Virus record (IMG/VR): IMGVR_UViG_3300030102_006934
Span: 1-64,000 of that record
Reading direction: 5' to 3' (one strand)
Length of the DNA stretch: 64,000 nucleotides
In this document: one piece after another, positions 8,001-17,385 of the stretch
Layout: every line of letters begins with the position of its first letter
How positions within the stretch are numbered: position 1 is the stretch's first letter
Translations under genes and position numbers: made by a program
Notes under the pieces: generated by a model
What the model saw: only the letters and a program-made list of their open reading frames with translations
Told to the model about the DNA's origin: nothing
Database searches by the model: none

Positions 8001-9458
8001 TTTCTTAAAAAAGAAGTATTAATCGGTGACACTTTAGGTGATTCTAGATTCGAATTAGTTAAAGGTTTAGGTCAAATAAGTAGTAGTTCTTGTATCGCAA
8101 ACGGAGCAACATACACCAAAGCTTGTAAAAAAGACAGATATACTGAAATTAAAATAGAATATGACCCAAGTTTAAAACCAAAAGAAGAAGCGGTTGAGGA
8201 AAAAAAACCAGAAGTTAAAAAAACAAAAACAGTATCAATACCAAAAGGTAGATTTTTTACGGAGACTCATTATTTTAAAAAGTTAAAAGAAAGTGATGAA
8301 TTTATCTATAGAGATATAAGAGATAAAATAAAATATTTTCACCCTTCATTTCACAGTATGACACCAGAAGGATTTAACTCCAGGCTTAATTTTCTACATC
8401 AATGCACTAGACAAGGACCTACAACAAATGGAGTTGGAAATCCTAATAATTTAGCCTTTGGTAGACCACCAATTTGCATACTTAGAATTGGTGATTTTTA
8501 TCATACCAAAATAGCAATTGACTCAATGACATTAGATTATGAACCATTAGTATGGGACTTAAACCCAGAAGGTGTAGGTGTTCAACCTATGATTGCTAAT
8601 GTAACAATTAGCTTTGCATTTATAGGAGGGTCTAGTTTAGAGGGTCCGATAAATAAATTACAAAATGCAATATCATATAACTTCTATGCTAATACTGAGA
8701 TATACGATGCTAGAGCAGATAGAATTACTATTAACAAAGACTTACAAGCAAATGATGAAGGTAAGGGTTATGGGGAATTAGTACCAGGAGAATCACCAAA
8801 TTCACCAGTAGTTAAGTTAAAAAATAATGAAGACAAAGAAGGGTTAAATGATATTGATAAAGACCAAGAAGCAGTTGCCGACAATGAAGCTAATAAACCA
8901 GAAGTAGCTGAAGAACCAGAAAAAAGTGAGGATTATAAACACCTTAAAGATATTGTATTAGTTAATTTTTTTAATGATGATGATAAAATAATTTCATTTA
9001 AAGCAAGTGATTTAGATTTTCTTAGTGATGGGTGGAATTATAGATTTGGTGTGAATAACGGAACTTCAAATATAGCCTTAAAAAATGGCCCTATAAAACA
9101 AGAAGATTTAACAGATAATGGTAGTCTAATAGTAAATACTGGAGTTAAAACTTTTGACATGATAAAGTCAAATAATGGAATAACATTATATGGAAAGACA
9201 TTTAAAGATTATTATGATAACAATGAAATAGACCAATCATTAACATGTTATAGTGCAAATACCTCTGAATTAAAAGTTGACGGAGCCTTACTATATGTTG
9301 AGTTCTATAAAAACGGGGAAGATAAGGTTTTTAAAAGCAAATTTGATACTGGTTATACTTACTTTTATCAATGTGATTTTGATGATGAGATAAGAGGACA
9401 TATTGCCGATGGTAAGTATTCCGTAGAACAAAATTTGTTAGGATGTTTAATGTGTTAA
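5007..9458 (+). CDS. Large baseplate / tail-tube-initiator-like protein (two gp48/gp54-like segments) with an internal OmpA-like domain
   Basis: Tube-initiator-like segments WFPPYDISFNESTSVNWDRSNFIGRGEPLYTYNNTERTGSLSW and RPPICILRIGDFYHTKIAIDSMTLDYE...MIANVTISFAFIG. OmpA-like motif YFPND...KGYAS...NQKLSDNRANEIKDFL...GLG...DRYTEI. Follows the tape measure gene. Confidence 0.6.
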   Translation: MPSSINSLSPTFRDLLLNRNIVTDTISNNGLTTLLNGIGTPVNPSTQPEIIQPSEDIEVIGVFHRESDTIVNKYQGSLSDYEQYSVNYLPGNNNTTIAGNPWNNGIYDVNGSAAELLQANNDFIQVNTSNNAYLDTSQQTVSDIYTNPVNSQTGSYNDSEAELIDESNGFLETNVVKNMYSDEDSQIPTIVSYNSSTPKNGPYSPGDTNSTIGGSLAESTSNILGSSSEYLQTNTSNNIYLDVDKQTQVNIEYKSVTFQTGSYLDENNNVNVGGPDTQPFDIASSLLNGGGVGFDPNGGGLVSNADVRSSLSGRILTASGVINDTRLGQLSAGYLATAIGNNIAFELQENTIGKVNTNLTSLIKGGNLIIPNYKITVGSGILGKTGDLLERMTGAKIPLSLLKTSIFASESGWDTGNISRANSMLENTGKGQILQMFSNLNASTDPSLIGDKRNGFTPPLKNDKTGIGVNKEDSPSGSSYIYEDQLADGTNIINNGPAQLIGGFNDEFEGDVLASTSFGFGNLSSSQFGEFGRKQGVFSWGDTNNNYEALSGVSSTDGGEGISFALKTENPGESSANNFKNVNSLLYKTQELFKEGRMKTLVSGQGVKNETTTQLQISRKGLISKGSGVLSADALLGGNLEPHEVFCRTWSTFDRYDNNLDLQKSSGLIGGENGEFPNRPFGRASLDASVLDSTGFVNIGPTTDDEGNISDIKRFMFSIENLAWADDLQKLMPSEKGPGDPLSGLRGRIMWFPPYDISFNESTSVNWDRSNFIGRGEPLYTYNNTERTGSLSWKIIIDHPNYSNYFPKDWGNDEITSFYAGCLEYEPIREVILTPEENDEVEIDQNIEVEEKVDEQEPEAVLFNMYFPNDVGLINDKYENGLSGTTTADTINYSVNPTGEGFGIGVYKSGPQSNGAYSNRKYTDKTNFGLNGSNNKFKIGDKEINGYQDDIFISTLSEYMKNECKYCKIFLKGYASKQGQNSTKNQKLSDNRANEIKDFLKKEVLIGDTLGDSRFELVKGLGQISSSSCIANGATYTKACKKDRYTEIKIEYDPSLKPKEEAVEEKKPEVKKTKTVSIPKGRFFTETHYFKKLKESDEFIYRDIRDKIKYFHPSFHSMTPEGFNSRLNFLHQCTRQGPTTNGVGNPNNLAFGRPPICILRIGDFYHTKIAIDSMTLDYEPLVWDLNPEGVGVQPMIANVTISFAFIGGSSLEGPINKLQNAISYNFYANTEIYDARADRITINKDLQANDEGKGYGELVPGESPNSPVVKLKNNEDKEGLNDIDKDQEAVADNEANKPEVAEEPEKSEDYKHLKDIVLVNFFNDDDKIISFKASDLDFLSDGWNYRFGVNNGTSNIALKNGPIKQEDLTDNGSLIVNTGVKTFDMIKSNNGITLYGKTFKDYYDNNEIDQSLTCYSANTSELKVDGALLYVEFYKNGEDKVFKSKFDTGYTYFYQCDFDDEIRGHIADGKYSVEQNLLGCLMC

Positions 9459-9472
9459 AAAATAAATAAATT

Positions 9473-9790
9473 ATGCCAAGATATTTTGATAGATATGAAG
9501 CCTTTAGGGCTGATGAAGAGATTAAACCTATACCTGGTTTAAAAATAAATTTAGGTTTAGAAGATAAATCAGTTTTATATAAGATAGGTAAAACTAGACT
9601 TGACATTTTGAGTCAAAAGTATTATAATAACCCTTACCACGGTTGGTTAATATTATTAGCAAACCCACAATATGGTGGTTTAGAATTTGAAATAAAAGAT
9701 AGAGATGTTATTAGAGTACCCTACCCATTTGAAGATGCTATAGATAGGTACATAAACTCTGTTAACATTTACAAAGAGTTATATGGCTGA
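9473..9790 (+). CDS. gp53: Baseplate wedge subunit, T4 gp53-like / LysM-type
   Basis: TRLDILSQKYYNNPYHGWLILLANP matches the LysM/gp53/P2 gpX pattern (RLD.LS..YY.....W.I..AN). Lies between the tube initiator and the hub. Confidence 0.75.
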   Translation: MPRYFDRYEAFRADEEIKPIPGLKINLGLEDKSVLYKIGKTRLDILSQKYYNNPYHGWLILLANPQYGGLEFEIKDRDVIRVPYPFEDAIDRYINSVNIYKELYG

Positions 9791-12700
9791 TAAAGATAAA
9801 AAAAATAATGGTGATAGATTATTAGTATTTGAACCGAACCCAGAAGACAATAGAATTTTTTCAAATGAAGATTTATCTATAAATGTTGAATTAAACACCT
9901 TTAAAAAAAATAGGAGTATAATAAATTCTGGAATTGTAACAAATACTTCTGACGGTGGTAAAAATGGCCCCATAAAATTTATTGGCGGTAGTAAAACTGG
10001 TGAAGATGAAAAAACTGGGAAACCTATCTATAATCTAACAACTAATTACACTAATGCAACTACATCTTTCGATAAAAAAGATAGTGGTAGGGATTTAGAA
10101 ACATTAGGTATAGAAAATATACATATTAATTTCGATACAGCTTACACTCCTAAAATAACTATAAAATTTGTAGATATAAGAGGTAACGCAATATTCCAAC
10201 AAGGAAATGACTCAAAGTATAGTGCATTCTTTGAAATGCCTTACCCTATTTTTGAGTTAAAAGTAAAGGGATTCTATGGTAAACCAGTCACATATTGTCT
10301 ACATATGTATAAATGGAATTCAAATTTTAATAGTGAAACTGGTAATTTTGAAATAAAAGCTGAATTTATAGGATACACATATGCTTTATTAACTGATATG
10401 CTATTAGGCTTAATAAGAGCTGTAATAAAAACAAATAGAGGTAAAAAAATATGGGCTGAAGAACAACAGAAAGACCCATCACTAACTAGTATTGACGAAT
10501 TCATGGATAACGTTGATAAGTTAGGTGAAGAATTTGATAAGATAAAAAACGAAGACACAAATTTAACTAGAATTGAAGAGAGTAAATTAACATTAGATTT
10601 AATACAAAGATTAGAAGATAGGTTTAATTCATTAATGAAATCAATGTTAGATGGAAAAGAGTTTATACACGATAAAAACAATGGCATAGTTGTCACAACC
10701 GCAGAAAAAGCTAAAGAACAAGCTTTAATAGACCTAATAGAATCAGACAAAAAAGGCCTTGTAATACTACTAGACGGTGATGAAAGTACTGGTGAAAAGG
10801 GAGCTAATTCTAGTATTGAAAATGATGATTTTAAAATAGATTCAAACGAAATAATAGATTTTAAAACTAATGGTATTGGACCATTTAGTGGTGGAACAGG
10901 TCAGCTAGAAGAAACTAAAATTGCTAGTAAATTAGTAGAACTAGATAACGAAAAATTCAGTGGTGAAGATAATAAGGAAACTGAAAAAATGGTAAGTTTT
11001 ATAACAGATTATGGCCAAGCAGTAGACTTTCACATATTTGATTTGACTAAACAATTTAAAATACTAAATGAATTAAAAGAAAATATTGAAAAAAGAAATA
11101 AAGAAACTACAGAAAAATTAGCTAAAGATTTAGCAAAAAGTGCTGAAAATAGTTTAAACTTTAGACCAACAGTAAGGAATATAGTAAAAATGTTAGTCAA
11201 ACATTCAGAAGTATTTTTGAAAGTATTAAAAGATGTTTCCGATGAAGCATATAAAAGCACAAGTAGAAGTAAAAAAATAATTAAGAAACTAGACTTAAAA
11301 ACTTCAAATACAGATAGTGGTATTAATCAAAACAATACTAAAACTGAAAATGCTAAAATATACCCTTGGCCAGAATACTTTGAGAAAACAACTAACTCAG
11401 ATGGTGAAACAATACAAGAAGAGTCATGGATAGGTAATAAAATTTTACCTGGCACTGGCATGATTGAAGTTGATTTTGTTGAAGAATTATTAGAATTATT
11501 ATTAAAAGATTTTCAGGAAGACGAGGAAGAGTTAAACCAAAATCTAAACTTAACAGAAGTACCAAATTATTATCCAATATCACCATTAGACACAAACATA
11601 CCACAGTCCTCATCAAAAAAAAGTTATATTACTCAAAATCCATATAAAACAGCATTATCAACTGACGAAGGTAATAAAACAATCACAGAAGAAGCCATAA
11701 AAACACTAATGTTAAGAGCTTGGCTAGGGCTATCATTTTCAAACCCAAGTAGAATTAGTGGACCAATGAAGACCGCCATGGGCCAAATTGAGGCTGAAAA
11801 TTTATATAACGCATTATTAGACATCAATAATGATAAAAAAAGACAAATAATACAACAAATACAAAATATTGAAAAAGCTGAAGACATAATAAATTCTTAC
11901 GATATATTAGGTAGTACAAATAATAAAAATATGATGTCTTCATTTAGAATAACTACAGCTGGTGCTGGCGCAAATTTAAGTTTAATAGAGAACGGTGAAG
12001 ACGTATACTATCGGTATAGATATTTAATAACAGACCCCCAAGACGCTGATGAACCTTCCACTGCTGTTGCTATTTTACCAATAAATAAAGGTTTTAATGG
12101 TAAAAAATTTAAATCATCAACAAACGAATTAAAATTAAAAAGTTTTGAAGAACTAGTAGAACTTAGAGATGATTATTTTTTTATAGACAACTCAGGTAAT
12201 AGCCAACTTAATCAAGAATTCCCACTTTGGGATAAATTTATCGAACCAGGTTGTGAATTTTTTAAAATATTACACCCAAGTGATTATAATGGTTTAATTC
12301 AACAACCAGATTTTGCACAAACAACATTTACTGAAATATCTAAAAACCTTTTAAGTTTTTTTCAAGGTACAAATTCTGTTATTAATGATTTAATGGTATT
12401 ACAACAAAGTACTTTAAAGAATCCATCATACAATGATGTTAATTATAAACCAAATTCATTAAAATTGACAGAAGACACTAAGTATAAGCCTGCTGAACCT
12501 CTTTTTACGTATGGCGGTAGGTTAAAAGCAATGGAAATATTAAACATAAATTATGATTCAACCGTTCATAATAATTCAAGTTATTTAACCCCACAGAATA
12601 AACATTATAGAAAGAGAAATATGCCAGATGGTATATCAGATGTTTTATGTGCATATTGGGCACAGCCAAAAATGGTTAATACGTCTTCGCTTATACCAAG

Positions 12701-15389
12701 TAACCCGCAAAGTGCTTGTGGAACATATTTATCTAGAGGATTTAAAGAAGGTGCTAAGAATAAGGCTATTGCTGGGGCTACTTATACATGGAAATCTAAT
12801 TTTGAATATGATATTAATAACGATAACTCTCTTATGCCAGATAACTACACACTAAGTAAAACTCAGAATCAGTATAGAATATTACCCGAAGACTACGGAA
12901 AACAAAGAGAATTATTAGGTTTAGTAAATGGTGAAGCTGCAAATTTAAATGCGAATAGTGATAATAAAGTAACATCAGCATATTTTCCATATATAGAATT
13001 TAATGTACAGGGATATACTAATACTAATTCATATGTTAACAACAATTTAAGTTTATTCGGCTCAAGATTTTATTATGAGCAAGAAACAAATAAAGCTAGA
13101 GCTTTTTTATTTCTACACACCTTTGGTTTTCAAGGAATAGTTGGGGATATTAAAGACTATAGAAGCCAAACAAATACATTCGGTGAAAGCCCTCAAGTAC
13201 AACCAGATGTAAGTTTATTTGACAGAACATATATGGATACAACTGGTACTGATGAGGAAACATCGTTTAAGAGTTATGACGAAAGTCCAACAATTAAAGG
13301 ACTATTCAATAATTATGCATCATTTATAAAAGCTCCAAGATTGTGGTGTGCATTTATAGGTGGTTTATTATCTAGATATGAAGAAAAATTTGATATTAGA
13401 TTTACCTCTAAAGTTCCAGATGCAAACTACCCATATCTTATACCATGGATGAGAGAAGATACACCCTTACCAAATAAGAATCAATACTTAATAGATGTAG
13501 GTAGTTTAGCCTATGATAATGGAAAAAACCAAAGCGGTATGAATATAGGTACCGAATATGTAGGAATGACTAGCTCAGCCGTGAAATACGCTGGAATAGA
13601 TTCCACGTTATTAAGATTACCCCAATCAGTAAAAGATGAATTTATTAGGATATTTGATGAATTTGTACTTGGTGAGCTGAGTGAAACTGGAGAAGCTGGG
13701 TTTCAAGATGTAAGGAAACAATTTGAGTTAATGTACACTAAAGACCCAAAAGATTTCAGCACTGGCGGGGCTAAAGGCTGGGAACAACTACATGATAATC
13801 TAGTTTCCGCACAACACCGCAGCAACCCTGGTGTGGCACAACCTAATTATTTACTTAGGAATCCAAACCAAACTAAATTTACTGTTGGAAAATTAAAAGA
13901 AATTTTTACCGAAACCAATACTAGCGGACCCAGAATGTCAAAAGATGGTGACGGATTAAAAAACATGACATCAATTGTGGCCATTAGAGACCTTGGAATA
14001 GGTGGACTTACAGACCAGGCAAATACATGGGGTTTTACATGGCCGCAGAAGAAGGCGTGGCAAATTAATATTGTGTATAGAAGGGAATGTAAAGGTAGTG
14101 ATTTAATGAGAGATTTAGTTTCACAATACAAATGGGTTATGAATGGAAAACCACAAGTATTTAGAAGTTCTGAATTGAGATTTGGGCTACAAGACGGCCA
14201 ATTTCTAAAGAAGGTAGATTTAATTGTTTTTTTAGATGGTTTTTTAGCAAAATTTAAAACCCTATCAAAAGACTTTGATAAACAGATAGAACAAGAGAAA
14301 GACAAACTAGAGCAACAGATTTTCAAAACAATAGATGATGACACCATTAAATTGACTATATATAGGGAGCTAAGCTCAATTTATAATAAGTGGATTGCTG
14401 GTGCTGGAGCCACATCATCAACTTCATGTGCTAAAAGTGCATCTAAAAATGGCTTATTTAATAGTTTTAAATTTATAGATAGGTCTTACAATGACATAGG
14501 TGACAAATTCTTTATAAACCCATTTACAGTTAAAGAATTAATGTTAGGAAAACCTAATACAAACTTATTTACTTTATTAGATGTAATATTCAAAGATAAT
14601 AACTTTAATTTCATACCTCTACCAACATATATTGATTACAGTAAACCAAAAGATGTTTTAGAAGTTTTTAAACCATATCCTTACAGTAAAAGTTTTGATA
14701 CTAATCAAGGACCATCATTCGTATGTATGTATGTTGGCCAAACATCGAATAGTTTAGATTTAGGTAATAATTCACAATATCCAGATGATTCATTTACAGT
14801 ATTAGATTCTGGTAATAAAGGGTACATTATGACCAATGTGCCAGATGATTTTAAAACCTCTAGAGATAAAGACGGTAGAAGTTTAAATATACCATATTTT
14901 TTAGTTAGTTACGGTAGACAAAATCAGTCAATTTTTAAGTCTTTAAAACTAGACCAAAATGAATTTACGTCTACATTAGAAAGTTTAAATGTAGTTGAAG
15001 ATTTATCTCAGCTGGGTGATAAAACAAAGCCAACTTATAAAGGACAAAACCTTTGGAATGTTTATCAAAACAGGGCATATAGTTGTGAGATAGAGATGAT
15101 GGGTAATTCAATGATACAACCATTTATGTATTTTCAATTATCAAACGTACCAATGTTTAGGGGCGCTTATAGTATATTTAAAGTAACTCATAGTATAACA
15201 CCACATAATATGAAAACTAACTTTAAGGGTGTTAGAATTAAAAAAACTAGAACTCCATTAATTACTGAAGTTGAATTATATAGTAATTTATTATCGTACC
15301 TAAATTCAACAATAGACTCTTCAAAAGAGACTAGAAATAGAAATATAAAATATACATTAATGTCTTCACCAGGAGGTATTGTGATTTAA
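9783..15389 (+). CDS. Giant baseplate hub protein (gp27/gpD/VgrG-like ends with a very large insertion)
   Basis: N-terminal IHINFDTAYTPKITIKFVDIRG...YPIFELKVKGFYG and C-terminal YSCEIEMMGNSMIQPFMYFQLSNVPMFRGAYSIFKVTHSITPHNMKTNFKG are hub-like; 1868 aa; follows the gp53-like gene. Confidence 0.65.
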   Translation: MADKDKKNNGDRLLVFEPNPEDNRIFSNEDLSINVELNTFKKNRSIINSGIVTNTSDGGKNGPIKFIGGSKTGEDEKTGKPIYNLTTNYTNATTSFDKKDSGRDLETLGIENIHINFDTAYTPKITIKFVDIRGNAIFQQGNDSKYSAFFEMPYPIFELKVKGFYGKPVTYCLHMYKWNSNFNSETGNFEIKAEFIGYTYALLTDMLLGLIRAVIKTNRGKKIWAEEQQKDPSLTSIDEFMDNVDKLGEEFDKIKNEDTNLTRIEESKLTLDLIQRLEDRFNSLMKSMLDGKEFIHDKNNGIVVTTAEKAKEQALIDLIESDKKGLVILLDGDESTGEKGANSSIENDDFKIDSNEIIDFKTNGIGPFSGGTGQLEETKIASKLVELDNEKFSGEDNKETEKMVSFITDYGQAVDFHIFDLTKQFKILNELKENIEKRNKETTEKLAKDLAKSAENSLNFRPTVRNIVKMLVKHSEVFLKVLKDVSDEAYKSTSRSKKIIKKLDLKTSNTDSGINQNNTKTENAKIYPWPEYFEKTTNSDGETIQEESWIGNKILPGTGMIEVDFVEELLELLLKDFQEDEEELNQNLNLTEVPNYYPISPLDTNIPQSSSKKSYITQNPYKTALSTDEGNKTITEEAIKTLMLRAWLGLSFSNPSRISGPMKTAMGQIEAENLYNALLDINNDKKRQIIQQIQNIEKAEDIINSYDILGSTNNKNMMSSFRITTAGAGANLSLIENGEDVYYRYRYLITDPQDADEPSTAVAILPINKGFNGKKFKSSTNELKLKSFEELVELRDDYFFIDNSGNSQLNQEFPLWDKFIEPGCEFFKILHPSDYNGLIQQPDFAQTTFTEISKNLLSFFQGTNSVINDLMVLQQSTLKNPSYNDVNYKPNSLKLTEDTKYKPAEPLFTYGGRLKAMEILNINYDSTVHNNSSYLTPQNKHYRKRNMPDGISDVLCAYWAQPKMVNTSSLIPSNPQSACGTYLSRGFKEGAKNKAIAGATYTWKSNFEYDINNDNSLMPDNYTLSKTQNQYRILPEDYGKQRELLGLVNGEAANLNANSDNKVTSAYFPYIEFNVQGYTNTNSYVNNNLSLFGSRFYYEQETNKARAFLFLHTFGFQGIVGDIKDYRSQTNTFGESPQVQPDVSLFDRTYMDTTGTDEETSFKSYDESPTIKGLFNNYASFIKAPRLWCAFIGGLLSRYEEKFDIRFTSKVPDANYPYLIPWMREDTPLPNKNQYLIDVGSLAYDNGKNQSGMNIGTEYVGMTSSAVKYAGIDSTLLRLPQSVKDEFIRIFDEFVLGELSETGEAGFQDVRKQFELMYTKDPKDFSTGGAKGWEQLHDNLVSAQHRSNPGVAQPNYLLRNPNQTKFTVGKLKEIFTETNTSGPRMSKDGDGLKNMTSIVAIRDLGIGGLTDQANTWGFTWPQKKAWQINIVYRRECKGSDLMRDLVSQYKWVMNGKPQVFRSSELRFGLQDGQFLKKVDLIVFLDGFLAKFKTLSKDFDKQIEQEKDKLEQQIFKTIDDDTIKLTIYRELSSIYNKWIAGAGATSSTSCAKSASKNGLFNSFKFIDRSYNDIGDKFFINPFTVKELMLGKPNTNLFTLLDVIFKDNNFNFIPLPTYIDYSKPKDVLEVFKPYPYSKSFDTNQGPSFVCMYVGQTSNSLDLGNNSQYPDDSFTVLDSGNKGYIMTNVPDDFKTSRDKDGRSLNIPYFLVSYGRQNQSIFKSLKLDQNEFTSTLESLNVVEDLSQLGDKTKPTYKGQNLWNVYQNRAYSCEIEMMGNSMIQPFMYFQLSNVPMFRGAYSIFKVTHSITPHNMKTNFKGVRIKKTRTPLITEVELYSNLLSYLNSTIDSSKETRNRNIKYTLMSSPGGIVI

Positions 15390-15405
15390 ATTAAAAATAA
15401 AAATT

Positions 15406-16107
15406 ATGGGACTACAACCATTCGTTAATTTATCAACCGAAAATTTCAACCTAATACAACCCTATTTTGTTGGTAGGTCTAGAAATGTTGAAAAATTAGA
15501 TACTATATGCTTACATTGGACTGCTGGTTCAAGTGTGGATAATGATATAAAAACACTTAAAAGAAAAGGTTATGGCTATCATTTCATAATAGATAAAGAG
15601 GGTAAAGTAAATCAAGGGGCTCCATTAAGTAGAAGAGTTGGTCATGCTGGAAATGCTTATGGCCCAAACAAGGGTTTAGTTAATACAACTAGTATAGGAA
15701 TTTCATTTAGCATGTTAGGCACTAAAGGTAATGATGATTTTAATCAGTCCCAACTAAATTCTTTAGAGGATTTAATATTAGACCTAAGAGAAGCAGTACC
15801 AACATTAAAATGGCTAACAGGTCATCATTGGGTATCACCAGGTAGAAAAATAGACCCATATACCTTCCCATTTGATGAATTCATTAGTAGCCCAAATCTA
15901 AAGGGTTGGTTAAAATTATGGAAAACTGGTTATGAACCATTCCCAGAGGGTTTAAGTGATTGTAAATGTATAGAAAAAAGAAGTGATGGTAGTTGTAAAA
16001 AATCTAAAGGTAGTTGTACAGGACCTGGAGATTTAAGTTATTCAGAAAGAAAATTGAGTAAAGAAGTTTCAGATTTAGGTTTTCAATCAGACCGAGACAC
16101 ACCATAA
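15406..16107 (+). CDS. N-acetylmuramoyl-L-alanine amidase (Amidase_2, T7 lysozyme/PGRP-like) with Cys-rich tail
   Basis: ICLHWTAG, GYHFII, VGHAG, NTTSIGISF and LTGHHWVSPGRKIDP give the Zn ligands H/H/D plus the T7-type Tyr. Confidence 0.88.
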   Translation: MGLQPFVNLSTENFNLIQPYFVGRSRNVEKLDTICLHWTAGSSVDNDIKTLKRKGYGYHFIIDKEGKVNQGAPLSRRVGHAGNAYGPNKGLVNTTSIGISFSMLGTKGNDDFNQSQLNSLEDLILDLREAVPTLKWLTGHHWVSPGRKIDPYTFPFDEFISSPNLKGWLKLWKTGYEPFPEGLSDCKCIEKRSDGSCKKSKGSCTGPGDLSYSERKLSKEVSDLGFQSDRDTP

Positions 16108-16138
16108 TTTGTTTTTAATATAAAAATTATTATATTTG
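16108..16138 (+). promoter_or_regulatory. Bacteroidota sigma-A type early promoter
   Basis: TTTG (16108-16111), 19-nt spacer, TATATTTG (16131-16138). ATG follows at 16144. Confidence 0.75.
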
Positions 16139-16143
16139 CATTA

Positions 16144-16740
16144 ATGATTGGTAATATAGTAACTTTAGATAATATAAAAGTAGATGATAACTTTAACATA
16201 GTTAATTCATTTAACGATATTATACAAGATATACCTACATTAGTAGTTGGAATTGATGATGCTAAAAAATCATATGGTAAGTTAAATTATATTGATAGAA
16301 AAATAGACGATTTAAATTATTGGACATTTAGTAAAAAAGAAAAAAGACTACTATTTGAAGAAGACTTATTTTATTTTATTGAAAATTCATATAAAAACCT
16401 AACTAATAGAATAGAGTATATATTTGTTGATGTTATATTATATGATGATGAAAAAGTAAAAAATATTATTAAAAAAATAAAAAGTTTTAATAGTAATATT
16501 TCTTTTTTAACAGATAAAATGCTATATATTTATTCTGATAAATACATATTTGGTTTTGATATTAAACAAATAGAGTATGTAAAAGGAGATATAGATAAAT
16601 TCATATCAAAAATGAAAAGCTTATCAAAAGACTTTTTATTAAATAATGAGATACTTATAGAATATAAGAATAACTTGGGAATGCTTGAGGACGACCTTAA
16701 ATACATCCCAGTTTTATATTCTATGAGAAGAAATGGATAA
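16144..16740 (+). CDS. Hypothetical protein
   Basis: 198-aa ORF directly behind a consensus promoter; overlaps the next gene. Confidence 0.75.
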   Translation: MIGNIVTLDNIKVDDNFNIVNSFNDIIQDIPTLVVGIDDAKKSYGKLNYIDRKIDDLNYWTFSKKEKRLLFEEDLFYFIENSYKNLTNRIEYIFVDVILYDDEKVKNIIKKIKSFNSNISFLTDKMLYIYSDKYIFGFDIKQIEYVKGDIDKFISKMKSLSKDFLLNNEILIEYKNNLGMLEDDLKYIPVLYSMRRNG

Positions 16741-17134
16741 AACAATATTATTAGCATCATTTATTTTTCCAGAAAGATTAGATTGGTTTCTGGATTATTT
16801 AGAGAATAGATTTAATATACCTAAAGACAGAGTTTTTGTTTATAAAAACCTAGAAGACGAATCAAAAGTTATAGTTACATTTAAATTCGTAATAAAAGAG
16901 GGTAGAAAATTGAACCTTAAAAATTTATTTCCAAACGCAATACCTATACATAAGAAAGGAAATTGCATATACACAATAAATGCACTTAATAAATTAATTG
17001 AATTACAAAGTGAAGGTGATTTAGGTAATATAGATTATAAATCAGTAAAAATTAACTGGGACGATTATCAAGGTAAGCTATTACTATACAGTAATAACAA
17101 CCTTAATATATCGCCTATGAAGCGGATTTTTTAG
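16733..17134 (+). CDS. Hypothetical protein
   Basis: 133-aa ORF overlapping the upstream gene by 8 nt, suggesting coupling. Confidence 0.75.
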   Translation: MDKTILLASFIFPERLDWFLDYLENRFNIPKDRVFVYKNLEDESKVIVTFKFVIKEGRKLNLKNLFPNAIPIHKKGNCIYTINALNKLIELQSEGDLGNIDYKSVKINWDDYQGKLLLYSNNNLNISPMKRIF

Positions 17135-17144
17135 TATTTCTATA

Positions 17145-17152
17145 TATTTATT
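17145..17152 (+). promoter_or_regulatory. Putative late-promoter motif TATTTATT
   Basis: Same core motif upstream of the 17182/17386 genes; chance occurrence in AT-rich DNA is not excluded. Confidence 0.4.
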
Positions 17153-17181
17153 AATATAACTTATTTACAAACGTAATAGAT

Positions 17182-17367
17182 ATGGAAGACAAGAATTTAA
17201 AAAAAGGTTTAAATGACTTTTTAACAGATGAAGATACAGAAAAGTTAAGCGAAGAACATGAGTTAGATTGTAGCTCTGGAACATGTGTTGTTAAAAATGA
17301 TAAAAGCATTGTAGAAAGAATCAATAAAAAAATAATTACAGAAGATGGTAGACAACTTCTTTTCTAG
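17182..17367 (+). CDS. Small hypothetical protein (CxxxxC motif)
   Basis: 61 aa; LDCSSGTCVV and IITEDGRQLL; A-rich start context. Confidence 0.65.
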   Translation: MEDKNLKKGLNDFLTDEDTEKLSEEHELDCSSGTCVVKNDKSIVERINKKIITEDGRQLLF

Positions 17368-17385
17368 TAAAAAAAGTTTTTTAAT

